Assembly: GCA_950096895.1 (NCBI GenBank)
Contig: CATNBF010000005.1
Span: 1-61,225, forward strand
Length of the DNA stretch: 61,225 nucleotides
Reading direction: 5' to 3'
DNA from: an uncultured bacterium
Lineage (GTDB): Bacteria > Pseudomonadota > Alphaproteobacteria > Rs-D84
In this document: in pieces, positions 1 to 10,204 of the stretch
How positions within the stretch are numbered: position 1 is the first letter of the stretch
How the letters are laid out: every line of letters begins with the position of its first letter
The notes under the pieces: generated by a model
The model's input: the letters and a program-made list of their open reading frames with translations, nothing else
Databases searched by the model: none
Told to the model about the DNA's origin: nothing
Position numbers and translations under genes: made by a program

Positions 1-461
1 ACATTAAACCAAACATTCCAATTTTTATTCTGGCGGATAATATATCGATAGTAATTCATCATCTGGCGAACATCAGCATCCAGATCACGGCCCGCCATGG
101 CCAATCGCATGTGATAGTCGGCACGCCGCCACTTTTTCAAATGCATATAGCATAGGGCCAGTTCAAATCGCACACGGGCCAAATTCGGCTGGGCATCCAG
201 GATTTTATGATAGATTTTTGCGGCACCGTTCCAATCATTATTCTTTTGCGCCATTTGGGCCAATAAAAACCAGCGTTCAATTTCCAGTGCACCCCCCAAG
301 GTTGGTGTCTGGGTTAAAATTTGGGCGGCATGATCAAAATCACCCCGTTCAACCAGATCCCCCGCCAGTTGTATTGCCGCCGTTGGTGTCATGGTGACTG
401 ATTGTGTGGCGGCCAATGCCGATCCACCCAGCCCCAGAAAAATAATAACCCATTTTACCAT
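1..461 (-). CDS. TPR-containing outer membrane protein, Slam/DUF560-like (partial, runs off window start)
   Basis: Manual translation from ATG 461: signal peptide MVKWVIIFLGLGGSALA, then TPR-like helices (FLLAQMA...IYHKILDAQPNLARVRFELALCY) leading into a W-x-V-W-F beta-strand start, as in Slam proteins. Not in the ORF track. Confidence 0.7.
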   Translation of the reverse strand, partial: MVKWVIIFLGLGGSALAATQSVTMTPTAAIQLAGDLVERGDFDHAAQILTQTPTLGGALEIERWFLLAQMAQKNNDWNGAAKIYHKILDAQPNLARVRFELALCYMHLKKWRRADYHMRLAMAGRDLDADVRQMMNYYRYIIRQNKNWNVWFN

Positions 462-632
462 CGCAATGCTTTTGGAATATTGATGACCCTGGGGGCATTA
501 TAGCATAAGCAAAAGCTATGTGAACAGTTTTTTTTCATTTGTATCTGTGGGATAATTTATTCTTTACTTTTTTATTTTTTTATTCATAATAGATGCGGTC
601 AGTCCCACCAGGGATCCAACAGGGAATAAATT

Positions 633-662
633 ATGAATAACATGAAAAAATCGATTTTGTAA
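633..662 (+). CDS. putative leader peptide MNNMKKSIL (tandem Lys codons) of the lysS attenuator
   Basis: AGGGA RBS at 621-625; ATG AAT AAC ATG AAA AAA TCG ATT TTG TAA directly before the antiterminator/terminator. Confidence 0.5.
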   Translation: MNNMKKSIL

Positions 663-663
663 T

Positions 664-717
664 TGTGCGACCATCAAATTTAACGACGGGCGCACATTTT
701 TGCGTCCGTTTTTTTTT
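664..717 (+). promoter_or_regulatory. attenuator: intrinsic terminator with competing antiterminator upstream of lysS
   Basis: Stem ACGGGCGCA (686-694) / TGCGTCCGT (701-709) followed by a T run to 717; TGTGCG (664-669) can pair alternatively with CGCACA (691-696). Confidence 0.6.
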
Positions 718-742
718 AACCGTGTCGATCAAAGGGAAAAAG

Positions 743-2209
743 ATGTCTGAAAACACGAATATATCAACCAATGAATTACAGGCCCGTCTGCAAAAGACGG
801 AAAACATCCGTGCACGTGATGGGGTTGTTTGGAAAGATAAATTTGATCGCACACATACCATTGTGGCGGCGCGTGATCTGGCGGATGGAACATCGGTCAA
901 ATTGGCGGGACGTGTAACGGCGTTGCGTTGGTTGGGAAAATTAATGTTCGGACGCATTTACGATATTGATGGTGAAATTCAATTTTCAATGTCACGCGAA
1001 GAAATGGGCGAAGAAAATTACAAGTTTTTTAAGGCCAATGTCGATTTGGGGGATTTTGTCGGGATTACCGGTGAACTGTATCATACAACGGCCGGTGAAT
1101 TGACTGTACGGGTTTCGGCCTATGAAATTTTGGCCAAGGCGTTGCGTCCTTTGCCGGAAAAGTTCCATGGATTAACCGACACCGAAACCCGTTATCGCCA
1201 GCGGTACCTGGATATCATTTCCAATCCGGATGCCCGTGCGGCATTGTTGGGCCGGTTCAAGATGACGCAATATTGGCGTGATTTTATGAACAAGAACGGA
1301 TTTCTGGAAATTGAAACACCCATTATGCAGAATGTCGCGTCCGGCGCGGCGGCAAAACCCTTTACCACGCATCATAATGCCTTGGATGCCGATTTCCAAT
1401 TGCGGATTTCGCCAGAATTATTCTTGAAACAGGCAATTGGTGCCGGATTTGATCGTGTTTATGAAGTGGCCAAGGATTTCCGTAACGAAGGCATGGATGC
1501 CATGCATCTGCAAGAATTTACCATGGTTGAATGGTATGCGGCGTATTGGGACTTTGAACGCAATATGAAATTTACGTGGGATTTAATCCAAGACCTGTTG
1601 ATGAAAACCCGCGGTACATTGAAAATTGAATACCAAGGAACGCCCCTGGATTTCACATCGTATGAAACAATGGATTATACGGCCAAAATGAATGAATTTT
1701 TCGGATGCAATATTCTGGACTTTGATGACGTTGATGCGTTGCGTGCGCGCCTGGTCGAAAATGGCATGTTCCCGGCGGGTGAATTGGATGACTTGAAATC
1801 CATCCCGACACTGGTTGATTATGTCTATAAACGTAAAATCCGCGGTAATATTATCAATCCGACATTCTTGTACAATTATCCGGCATATATGGTTCCACTG
1901 GCGCGGCGCAACAATGATGACGACCGGCGGATAGATATGTTCCAATTGCTGGTATGCGGGGCAGAATTGTGCAAGGGTTATTCCGAATTGGTGAATCCCA
2001 TTCAACAATTGGCGGCATTCGAAGAACAGGCAAAGAATATCGCCCATGGTGACGAAGAAGCCTTTAACCCCGACAACGATTTCGTGCGTGCGATGGAACA
2101 TGGATTCCCGCCGATTTCCGGCGTTGGTATGGGGGTTGATCGTTTGGCCAGTATTATTTTCGATCAGCCGACCCTGCGCGATGTTATCTTGTTCCCGATT
2201 ATGAAGTAA
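743..2209 (+). CDS. lysS: lysine--tRNA ligase (class II)
   Basis: OB-fold N-terminus, RYRQRYLD, GAAAKPFTTHHNALD, FRNEG (motif 2), GMGVDRL (motif 3); start at ATG 743 after AAAGGG. Confidence 0.97.
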   Translation: MSENTNISTNELQARLQKTENIRARDGVVWKDKFDRTHTIVAARDLADGTSVKLAGRVTALRWLGKLMFGRIYDIDGEIQFSMSREEMGEENYKFFKANVDLGDFVGITGELYHTTAGELTVRVSAYEILAKALRPLPEKFHGLTDTETRYRQRYLDIISNPDARAALLGRFKMTQYWRDFMNKNGFLEIETPIMQNVASGAAAKPFTTHHNALDADFQLRISPELFLKQAIGAGFDRVYEVAKDFRNEGMDAMHLQEFTMVEWYAAYWDFERNMKFTWDLIQDLLMKTRGTLKIEYQGTPLDFTSYETMDYTAKMNEFFGCNILDFDDVDALRARLVENGMFPAGELDDLKSIPTLVDYVYKRKIRGNIINPTFLYNYPAYMVPLARRNNDDDRRIDMFQLLVCGAELCKGYSELVNPIQQLAAFEEQAKNIAHGDEEAFNPDNDFVRAMEHGFPPISGVGMGVDRLASIIFDQPTLRDVILFPIMK

Positions 2210-2222
2210 GGAAATAAAAAAA

Positions 2223-3623
2223 ATGCCAAAAATGACATCCGAAGATTATGTCAGTATAATGACCGCCGATCTCGATCGGAAAAATTTGGATACGATCCGG
2301 CGGGCATGCGCCACGGGGCGTATTAATGACGCGGCGGCAACCTATTTAACCACACTGTATTCCGACAGTATGAAATGGGACCGCGAAATGTTTTATTTCT
2401 TGGGCAAGTGCTTTGGTGCGCCAAAGGCGGCTGTTATGCGTTATGATTACGCCACCGACAGTGCAATTGATGAACCCATAAAAATTTCGGATATAACGCC
2501 GTTGGTCCCTTATATTGTTCAGCATCGTCTGGACGCAGATCCCATGCGGAATCAGTTCTTTGACAGTCATGCCGGGCATCGAATTGACCTGGCGGTGTCA
2601 TCAATTGTGACGGTTATCGTCGGTGCCCAGAAAAGTGTAGAGCGCGCTTTGGATAAAATCACGGGCAAGTATTATAAAAAATATGTGACCGAGGTGACAG
2701 ATACCGTCTATCGCATTATTTCTGGGTATGAATCTGCGGCATTGGCCACAACAATTACCGATCAGGTACGGGAAAAATTATCAGAAAAATATAATTCTTC
2801 GGCGTCCGAATTGGTTTTGCAAATCATCGGTTCTGGGCATGAAAAGATTGCGGTTGAATTGGTGCGGGCGTTGGATCGGATCAAGCGGCCGCGTATGCGT
2901 CTGCAAGACGTCTGGCGGGCCAAGTGTTTGTTTGATTTGGTGCCCCAGGCACGAACTTTTATCGAACGGGTTCGGGATATGATGCCGGAACGTATTTTAT
3001 CAATACGTGACAGCTTTTATGACATTGATAACCCGCGTAATTATCGGGATGCCAAATTTATCATTAATATCGGCACAGATGGCGTGGTGGTGCCGATGGA
3101 AATTATATGCCAGGTTCGAACATTTTTTGATTTTGAACGGCGTACCCATGACACGTATGAAGTGGCCCGGCGTATCGATGACAAAGAAAATATCAATGTT
3201 GAACATGCCGTTGCATTAATGCACGAAGATGGGGTCAAAGAATACAACCTGTTGGTGGTGCGATGCCTTGAAGATTTGTTCGAACGCGTGGGATGGAATA
3301 TTTTATACAGTCATGGATTAAACACACCGTTATTCGATGGTTTTCCCAAAGATTGCACCATGCATTATCCACAAAAAATGGTTGATACCATCATGGATAA
3401 ATTAGACAACGCGACCGAGAACGAGGTCTTTCATGTCACATCTGCCCCGGCGAAATTGACCGTTGCCCAAGAAACAGAAATCTTTCGGTGGTTGGCGCGG
3501 TTTATTCTGGTGACGGCCATGCCGTATGCCGATAAAGACTGGTCGGTACCAACCGATACAATGGCGGGTAAACTATTTAACTTTGTTATGAAAGAAGTGC
3601 AACGTTATTACAACAAAGATTAA
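2223..3623 (+). CDS. RelA/SpoT synthetase-like nucleotidyltransferase domain protein
   Basis: Ordered motifs KSVERALDKI, LQDVWRAK, NYRDAK, MEIICQVRT, HDTYE match the RelA_SpoT SYNTH pattern; no hydrolase, TGS or ACT domains seen. Confidence 0.55.
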   Translation: MPKMTSEDYVSIMTADLDRKNLDTIRRACATGRINDAAATYLTTLYSDSMKWDREMFYFLGKCFGAPKAAVMRYDYATDSAIDEPIKISDITPLVPYIVQHRLDADPMRNQFFDSHAGHRIDLAVSSIVTVIVGAQKSVERALDKITGKYYKKYVTEVTDTVYRIISGYESAALATTITDQVREKLSEKYNSSASELVLQIIGSGHEKIAVELVRALDRIKRPRMRLQDVWRAKCLFDLVPQARTFIERVRDMMPERILSIRDSFYDIDNPRNYRDAKFIINIGTDGVVVPMEIICQVRTFFDFERRTHDTYEVARRIDDKENINVEHAVALMHEDGVKEYNLLVVRCLEDLFERVGWNILYSHGLNTPLFDGFPKDCTMHYPQKMVDTIMDKLDNATENEVFHVTSAPAKLTVAQETEIFRWLARFILVTAMPYADKDWSVPTDTMAGKLFNFVMKEVQRYYNKD

Positions 3624-3773
3624 GATTGATGGCCGCCCCATGCGGCCATTCTTTTTATCCCTAGGAAATCAAACTATTGAAAAACGCTTGATTTTATCAC
3701 GCATTTTCGTCACAATGATCCCAGGTTCTTGTATTGCATGGGAACTGTAACTGCATAACATAAGGACACGATT

Positions 3774-4121
3774 ATGCGTCAAGGTAAAGTAAGATGGTAC
3801 AACGGTAAAAAATGCTTCGGGTTTATTATGCCTGATACACCGAACGAAAATGGAAATACAGATGATGTGTTTGTTCATTCCAGCGCGTTAAAGGCTGCGG
3901 ATATTCGATTCTTGAATGAAAACGACATCGTCGAATTTAATGAAGAAGTGCGTGGTGATGGCAAGTTGTCTGTCACGGAATTAAAGTTGGTACAACGGGA
4001 CGAAGAATCTGCCCGCCGTTTCCAAGAACGTCGTGCACAATATCGTAATCGTCGCGATAATGATGATGCCCCACGTGAAGAACGTCCGGCCCGTCGCGGA
4101 TTCGCATTTTGGAAAAAATAA
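3774..4121 (+). CDS. cspA: cold-shock domain protein with Arg/Glu-rich tail
   Basis: GKVRWYN...FGFI (RNP1), DVFVHSSAL (RNP2). Confidence 0.9.
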   Translation: MRQGKVRWYNGKKCFGFIMPDTPNENGNTDDVFVHSSALKAADIRFLNENDIVEFNEEVRGDGKLSVTELKLVQRDEESARRFQERRAQYRNRRDNDDAPREERPARRGFAFWKK

Positions 4122-4148
4122 AAATTCCCCCGTTTGGGGGATTTTTTT
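4121..4148. terminator. bidirectional intrinsic terminator
   Basis: AAAATTCCCCC-GTTT-GGGGGATTTTTTT between convergent genes; similar hairpins occur at 22867, 36399, 52335 and 52991. Confidence 0.8.
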
Positions 4149-4252
4149 AATCTTGTAATTGCTACGTAACATATGATGGGGCGGGGCGTTTTGGTGTGAT
4201 GCATGCCGGGCAATGTTTTTCTATCGTGACGTTGGCGGATTATACCGCTTTT

Positions 4253-6007
4253 TTATTGCCCGATAAACCCGCAACTTTGCATTTTCCATAACTTGGCATA
4301 GACGCCGCGGTGCCCAATCAATTGCGCGTGCGTGCCGGTTTCAACAATTTTTCCCCCGTCCAACACCACAATCTGGTCCATGTGTTTCAATGTGCTTAGC
4401 CGGTGGGCAATCACCAAACATGTCCGACCATGCGTCAATTGGGTCAATGATTTTTGAATGACGTCTTCGGATTGCGAATCCAGGGCGGATGTCGCCTCGA
4501 CCAGGATTAAAATCGGTGCGTCTTTGACAAAGGCGCGGGCGATGGATATCCGCTGTCGCTGGCCGCCGGACAGTTTGATGCCCCGCGTTCCGACCATGGT
4601 GCGGAATTTGCGGGCGGTTTTGGCAATGAATTCAAATGAATTCGATTGATGCGCGGCGGTGGTAATTTGTTTCATTGTGGCACGGTCGCGGCCATATCCG
4701 ATATTTTCGGCCAATGTCCGGTTGAACATGGTTTCATCCTGGGGGACAAAGGCAATCGCGCGGCGCAGCGAATCCTGGGTCACGTCGCGGATATCAGTGC
4801 TGTCAATTTTAATGGCACCATTTTGGGGGTCGTAAAACCGCATAATCAACCGCGCCAGCGTAGTTTTCCCATTTCCCGACAGGCCGACAATCCCCACCTT
4901 TTCCCCCGGGGCGATGGTCAAATTAAAATTGTGTAATACCCAATCATGCCCATCGTCAAAGCGGAACGACACGTTATCGACGTCAATTTGGCCCGCTGTG
5001 ACGCGCAATGTGTCGGCGTCCGGTTTATCGGCCAGGGCAATAGGCTGGATCAATTCACGCCATGCGCCGCGGGCACTGCTGAATGCCTTGATAATGGTCG
5101 GGATATCCAACAGTGTTTCGAATATATAATCGGACACTGTCTTAAAGGCGACAATTCCAAACACCGCGTCGGGGATGGTAATCGCGCCCGTTGTTGCCAG
5201 ATAAATTGATATGCTAAATCCCACAATAGTGACGCAATCTGACAAATACGAAAACGGTGCCCAGAACCACAGGTCCGCCCGTTCGTTGCGCATCCCGTCG
5301 CGATACAGGCGTCGCCGCAGGGGCATCAATGCCAACCGTTCACGCGTGCGCCCGGCAAACAGTTTGACCGTAATAAAATTCGACAGGGAATCGTTCAATT
5401 TCCCTGATAACTCAGAATCTGTGTCGGCATAGCTTTTGGATGCGCGGACCAATTGGGGGTTCGACAAAAACGCCCAGATGGCCTGAAGTATCGTGGATAC
5501 GACCAAAGCGGCACTTAGCCATATGTTAATCTATAACAATAATCCCGCCGATAATAAGGTGACAACGGTGCTGGTGATAATGGCGGGGATGCCAACCAAA
5601 CAGACCTGGTAAAACCCGGTATGGATATAATCGATATTGCGGGCGATTTTGCCGGGTTCGGTCTGGGCATAGAATTGGATGCTTTGCTGGTTAACATAAT
5701 CTTGCAGTGTTTCGGAAATTTTAATCTTGCTGAACTCTTCGATTTTCCGTTGGTACCAATATCGCGTAATCCACGCCGCCAACACGACCAAGACGACGCC
5801 GGCGAACATCCACAGGTACGGCATCGCATAGCCCATCAAATCGGCCGCCGGGGGATTTTCAATCCATGATATAACATATTTGCTGGCTAACGGGTAGAGG
5901 GTGTATTGCACCACACACGCAAACATCAATGCGCCAAAGAACATAATCAGCCAAAATGGCCGGGCAAACAGATTCTGGCAATAAAAACGGGCCAATGAAT
6001 GCGGCAT
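4253..6007 (-). pseudogene. ABC exporter (TMD+NBD, MsbA/Atm1-like) with in-frame TAG
   Basis: ORFs 5531-6106 and 4253-5506 are in one frame separated by a TAG at 5533-5531 (GLLL*INIWLSAAL); Walker A GLSGNGKT, LSGGQ, Walker B altered to ILILVE. Confidence 0.85.
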
Positions 6008-6102
6008 ATTATTCCACCATTTGTTTAACAAATAGCACAGGAATATATACCACACATATGTTGCCCGGACAATAAAAAAGGCCGCGATGGCGGCCCGATG
6101 TG

Positions 6103-7191
6103 TCATTTGATTTCAATGGGGATAACGGTTTGCGTTTTATCCTTGTCCATGGGATGCACCTGGTATGTAACATTATCCCAATCAATTGTTTTCATGTCGA
6201 TTGATCGGATGACACTGTTGTTCATGGTGCGGTAATAAATTTTGCGCCCGGTCATATCCATAACGGCGGTCCACTGGGTTGCGGATGGCATGTTAACAGG
6301 AACCTGGCCGATGGGGAATTCCACCCCGACCGGAATATCAAAATTGTTCAGGATATGAAACGCCTGCATTACGCCGGCATATGCCGTCTGTTGCGGAACG
6401 GCCGTTGTTTGATAAAACGCCGCACGCACAAATCGCGACGGGGGTGTCACGTCGCCAGGAATCCCCAGCATGCCGGAACCACTGCCAAATGCGGCCAGTT
6501 CAATATTGCCCAATTTTGTCGGCCCCGCCGTCCCAGGATACAGATTGACGTAATTATTCAGATTGGTCATCTGCCATTCAAAGCCGGGCGAATTGGTCAA
6601 TACCCCCAACTTGTTTTCATAAAAATGCGGTACGCCATCAACGATTTCTAAGACCACTTGGCGGCCGGTGGAATCTGTGATGCGCCAATGTACGGTTGAT
6701 GACCGTGGGTCAATTCCAACAACGCGAATATCATCAATGGCATCTTGGATTTGATCAATATCCGAGAAATTAGACAGCATCCACGACACCAATTGGAAAT
6801 CAGATACCGTCCGGTCGGCATATGCCGAATCGTATTCAACATATTGGCCGTATCCCGGAAAATAGAACAGTTCTGCGACCAGGCCGGCTTCGTTCATGCC
6901 TTCGACGACATATTCGGGTTCTTCGACCGCCAGACCGATATAACCGTATGTGGCGGTGAATTCCAATCCATCCTTTTTCCCACCGGGAACAAATGACCGC
7001 TGGGTATATCCATGCGGGATGACGGTATATAGGTTGGTCATCTCGCTGCCGCCCCATTCAATGGTGCGTGCAACAATTAATGAATTATCTTTGGGTTTTA
7101 GGGTGATACCCGTACAGGCATTTGCCCCGTTTATTCCCAGCCCCAGTCCCAGAATCAGTCCCGCGGCGGTTAAAATATTTTTTGTCTTCAT
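6103..7191 (-). CDS. choloylglycine hydrolase / penicillin V acylase family Ntn hydrolase, secreted
   Basis: Signal peptide then catalytic N-terminal Cys (CTGITL), EGMNEAGL, LTNSP, IPGDVTPPSRFVR. Confidence 0.9.
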   Translation of the reverse strand: MKTKNILTAAGLILGLGLGINGANACTGITLKPKDNSLIVARTIEWGGSEMTNLYTVIPHGYTQRSFVPGGKKDGLEFTATYGYIGLAVEEPEYVVEGMNEAGLVAELFYFPGYGQYVEYDSAYADRTVSDFQLVSWMLSNFSDIDQIQDAIDDIRVVGIDPRSSTVHWRITDSTGRQVVLEIVDGVPHFYENKLGVLTNSPGFEWQMTNLNNYVNLYPGTAGPTKLGNIELAAFGSGSGMLGIPGDVTPPSRFVRAAFYQTTAVPQQTAYAGVMQAFHILNNFDIPVGVEFPIGQVPVNMPSATQWTAVMDMTGRKIYYRTMNNSVIRSIDMKTIDWDNVTYQVHPMDKDKTQTVIPIEIK

Positions 7192-7335
7192 AACGATAAT
7201 CATATCAAAATTTGCACGCAATCGCCATAAGAATAATCCCCGTCATCCCCTGTAAAATTTTGTATGATAAAAATCTGCTTTACTTAAAATCCGATATTGA
7301 ATACAATATACCTGTAAAAACAAAGGAAAGGAATT

Positions 7336-7833
7336 ATGGCAACAAAAACAACAAAAAAAGCACCGGCCAAGAAAGCGGCAGCAACCAAAAAAGCAGCCCC
7401 GAAAAAAACGGTTCGTCCGGCCCCGGTTGCCGAAGATATCATTATCATGGATGCCCGTGATATGCATCATGCCCATCATGCGGGCCATGGCGATCATGGA
7501 TGCGGATGTGGTGGAAACTGTGGATGCGGATGCCATGATGGGGCATGCAAATGTGGTGGCGGATGCTGGGGCGTTATCAAGAAAATCTTTTGGTTCTTGG
7601 TTGTCTTTGCATTGGGCTTTGCCGCATGCATGTTCTTGTGCAATGGGTCATATAATGGACGTCGTGGACCGAAAATGCCGGTTGAATTTGTTAATGGATG
7701 TCTGGATGTTGCCCAGATTAAATGCCCTGAATTTGCCAAGCGTGTCATGATGGCCGATGCCAATCGTGATAATTGTATCACCCGTGATGAATATCGCGCT
7801 TTCAAAAAGCAGGCGCGTTCGCCGCGTCAATAA
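7336..7833 (+). CDS. hypothetical membrane protein: KA-rich N-terminus, His/Cys/Gly tract, TM helix, EF-hand
   Basis: KKAPAKKAAATKK; HHAHHAGHGDHGCGCGGNCGCGCH; FWFLVVFALGFAACMFL; DANRDNCITRDE. Confidence 0.75.
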   Translation: MATKTTKKAPAKKAAATKKAAPKKTVRPAPVAEDIIIMDARDMHHAHHAGHGDHGCGCGGNCGCGCHDGACKCGGGCWGVIKKIFWFLVVFALGFAACMFLCNGSYNGRRGPKMPVEFVNGCLDVAQIKCPEFAKRVMMADANRDNCITRDEYRAFKKQARSPRQ

Positions 7834-7900
7834 TTAAACCGCCATTTGGCGGTTTTTTTACAATTGAAAATAAAAAATTCCGGCCGCACCGGAATTTTGT

Positions 7901-8467
7901 TTATCGCATCTTGCCCGTAATTTGTTTTTGAATTAGTTCAAAGAATTCATTGCAACATGTGGTCATTTTTTCTGGTTCGGCACATTGGTCAACAGGCATC
8001 GCGGAATGTTTTTCGCAGACTTGTTTCGCGGTGAATTCTAAATAAATGCGAAATTTCGGGTCATTCAAATTCGATACATGAAACGCCCGCAGCATTTGGA
8101 TTGGACACTGATAAGGATGTTTTGTGTGATTGCTATTGATAAAACGCTGTAATTCAAACGTGTTGCCGGAATGATAGCAATCTTGGGCCAAGAAATGCAC
8201 ATCTATGATCAATTTCAATTGCTTTTGACACTTGTTTGCCGTTAATATATCGCAATTTCCTGGGCATGAATACGGCCGGTTTGGACAGAATTTGGGAAAA
8301 ACATCTTCGTTTAAGTATTTTGTTAAATGATGCAAACATGGGTTAACCATAACACGGTAATGGGACGCGTTCGGAATCATGGACCGGGGGCAAGATAAAG
8401 GCATGTTTCTTATTGTTTCCCGAAAGGTATCCAGCAGTTTTTTTATTTCATAGTACTTTAAGTTCAT
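7901..8467 (-). CDS. hypothetical Cys-rich protein
   Basis: 188-aa ORF with AAGGAAG RBS and downstream terminator; no family recognised. Confidence 0.6.
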   Translation of the reverse strand: MNLKYYEIKKLLDTFRETIRNMPLSCPRSMIPNASHYRVMVNPCLHHLTKYLNEDVFPKFCPNRPYSCPGNCDILTANKCQKQLKLIIDVHFLAQDCYHSGNTFELQRFINSNHTKHPYQCPIQMLRAFHVSNLNDPKFRIYLEFTAKQVCEKHSAMPVDQCAEPEKMTTCCNEFFELIQKQITGKMR

Positions 8468-8516
8468 TATTCTTCCTTTGATTTATATATTTATACATTA
8501 TATAAAATGACATTTA

Positions 8517-9740
8517 TTATGCCACATGCCCCACAAATACATCCCCATCAATATCGGTTAATTTAATGTCACAGACGGTTCGTGGCAGAATTGGGGCCCC
8601 AACAATACGAACCGCGATGTCGTGCGGGTCGCGCGCCATATTATGTGATTCAACCAGGACCTGGGCCGTGGTGCCAATGCGCGTGCGCATATATGCCATG
8701 CGATTTTCATCGGCAATCTGGGTTATTTGGGCCACGCGTGCCTTGGCAATGGGGCGTGGTACCTGGGGCGACATTTGGGCGGCAACTGTGCCGGGGCGGG
8801 GCGAAAAGGGAAAGGCATGAATATGGATCGGCCCCAGTTCCCGCGCCAGATTTATCGTTTCGGCGAATAATTCATCGCTTTCCCCGGGAAAACCACAAAT
8901 GATGTCCCAGCTGAACGTTACGTCCGGGGCGGCCGCAACCAGTTGGCGAACCATTTCGGCCGTGTGTCGACGATGCATTTGGCCCAAAATGGTGTCAGAA
9001 CCCGATTGCATGGACAGATGGATGTGTGGCATCATGCGGGCATCTGTGGCCATTAATTCAAAGATTTTATAAATTTGTGGCGATGCCGGATCCAATGACG
9101 ACAGACGCAGACGCTTTAATCCCCCGATGTCCTGTAACAATCCCCGGCATACATCGGATATCAGCATGCCGTCACGCGCATAACTGGCGGTATCAACCCC
9201 GGTCAGAACAATTTCTGAAAAACCGTTTTCAATGGCCATGTTTGCATCTTGGACGATATCTGGGTAATTAAATGAAATACCCGCACCCCGAACCAGACGC
9301 GTCAGACAATAGGTGCAATCATGATTGCATCCGTTTTGGACCTGGATAAATTGCTTGGATAAACGGGGACTATGATAATCAAAACAATCGATGCATGGCA
9401 ATTGTGTCATAGTGGACATTTTGTTTTGAATTTCCCGAATATAGACGTCGCGATTCAGTTTGTCTTGGTTATGGATAACGATAACATTGGGGATCTTTGA
9501 AAACAGTTCCGGTACACGCGTGGCGGCACATCCAGTAACGAAAATCAGTGCATTTGGGTTTTCGCGGGATACTTTTCGGACGGCCTGGGCGGATTGGCGT
9601 TCGCCTTCGTGGGTGACGGCGCATGTGTTAATGATAATCGCGGCGTCAATGACACCGTGCAGCATGCGGGCAATCTTTTCGCATTCCAGTGCGTTCAGAC
9701 GGCATCCAAAAGATAATGTTTTAATATTTTCTGCTTGCAT
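8517..9740 (-). CDS. mtaB: tRNA methylthiotransferase, MtaB/MiaB-like radical SAM
   Basis: SFGCRLN, INTCAVT, GCNHDCTYC (CxxxCxxC), HLSMQSGS, FSPRPGT. Confidence 0.88.
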   Translation of the reverse strand: MQAENIKTLSFGCRLNALECEKIARMLHGVIDAAIIINTCAVTHEGERQSAQAVRKVSRENPNALIFVTGCAATRVPELFSKIPNVIVIHNQDKLNRDVYIREIQNKMSTMTQLPCIDCFDYHSPRLSKQFIQVQNGCNHDCTYCLTRLVRGAGISFNYPDIVQDANMAIENGFSEIVLTGVDTASYARDGMLISDVCRGLLQDIGGLKRLRLSSLDPASPQIYKIFELMATDARMMPHIHLSMQSGSDTILGQMHRRHTAEMVRQLVAAAPDVTFSWDIICGFPGESDELFAETINLARELGPIHIHAFPFSPRPGTVAAQMSPQVPRPIAKARVAQITQIADENRMAYMRTRIGTTAQVLVESHNMARDPHDIAVRIVGAPILPRTVCDIKLTDIDGDVFVGHVA

Positions 9741-9797
9741 TTTTTTTATCTATGGGGCATTATATCGTGGTTTCAAATGATTTCAACAAAGGAATTA

Positions 9798-10184
9798 ATG
9801 ATGGCCCGTACAACAAATTCAGATACATTACCATTCGTCGATAGTCGTTATGAGCTGGGGATGCTGGCATCTCAACGGGTTCGTGATCTGAACGGTGGGG
9901 CGGAATCTGTCGTGGAAAAAACAAATGACAAGATGACGGTTGTTGCCTTGCGTGAAATCGCCACGGGTAAATTGGATATGACCGGCGTTCGCCATGAATT
10001 TGTCCAATCATATAAAGAATCGCCAGTATTGGAAAGTTCTGACGAAACGTTAGAGGTTGGCAGCGAAGATCCATTACTGCGTGAAATTGATGCAGAACTT
10101 GAAAATGCTTTGGCCGATGAACCTGCTGATGCGGCAGAATTGGTCCAAGAAACAGAAATCGCCGCAGACGAGATTGAAGACTAA
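9798..10184 (+). CDS. rpoZ: RNA polymerase omega subunit
   Basis: MARTT...SRYELGMLASQRVR...NDKMTVVALREIA with an alphaproteobacterial-type acidic tail. Confidence 0.92.
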   Translation: MMARTTNSDTLPFVDSRYELGMLASQRVRDLNGGAESVVEKTNDKMTVVALREIATGKLDMTGVRHEFVQSYKESPVLESSDETLEVGSEDPLLREIDAELENALADEPADAAELVQETEIAADEIED

Positions 10185-10204
10185 AACAATCATCGTTTGC
10201 AAGG

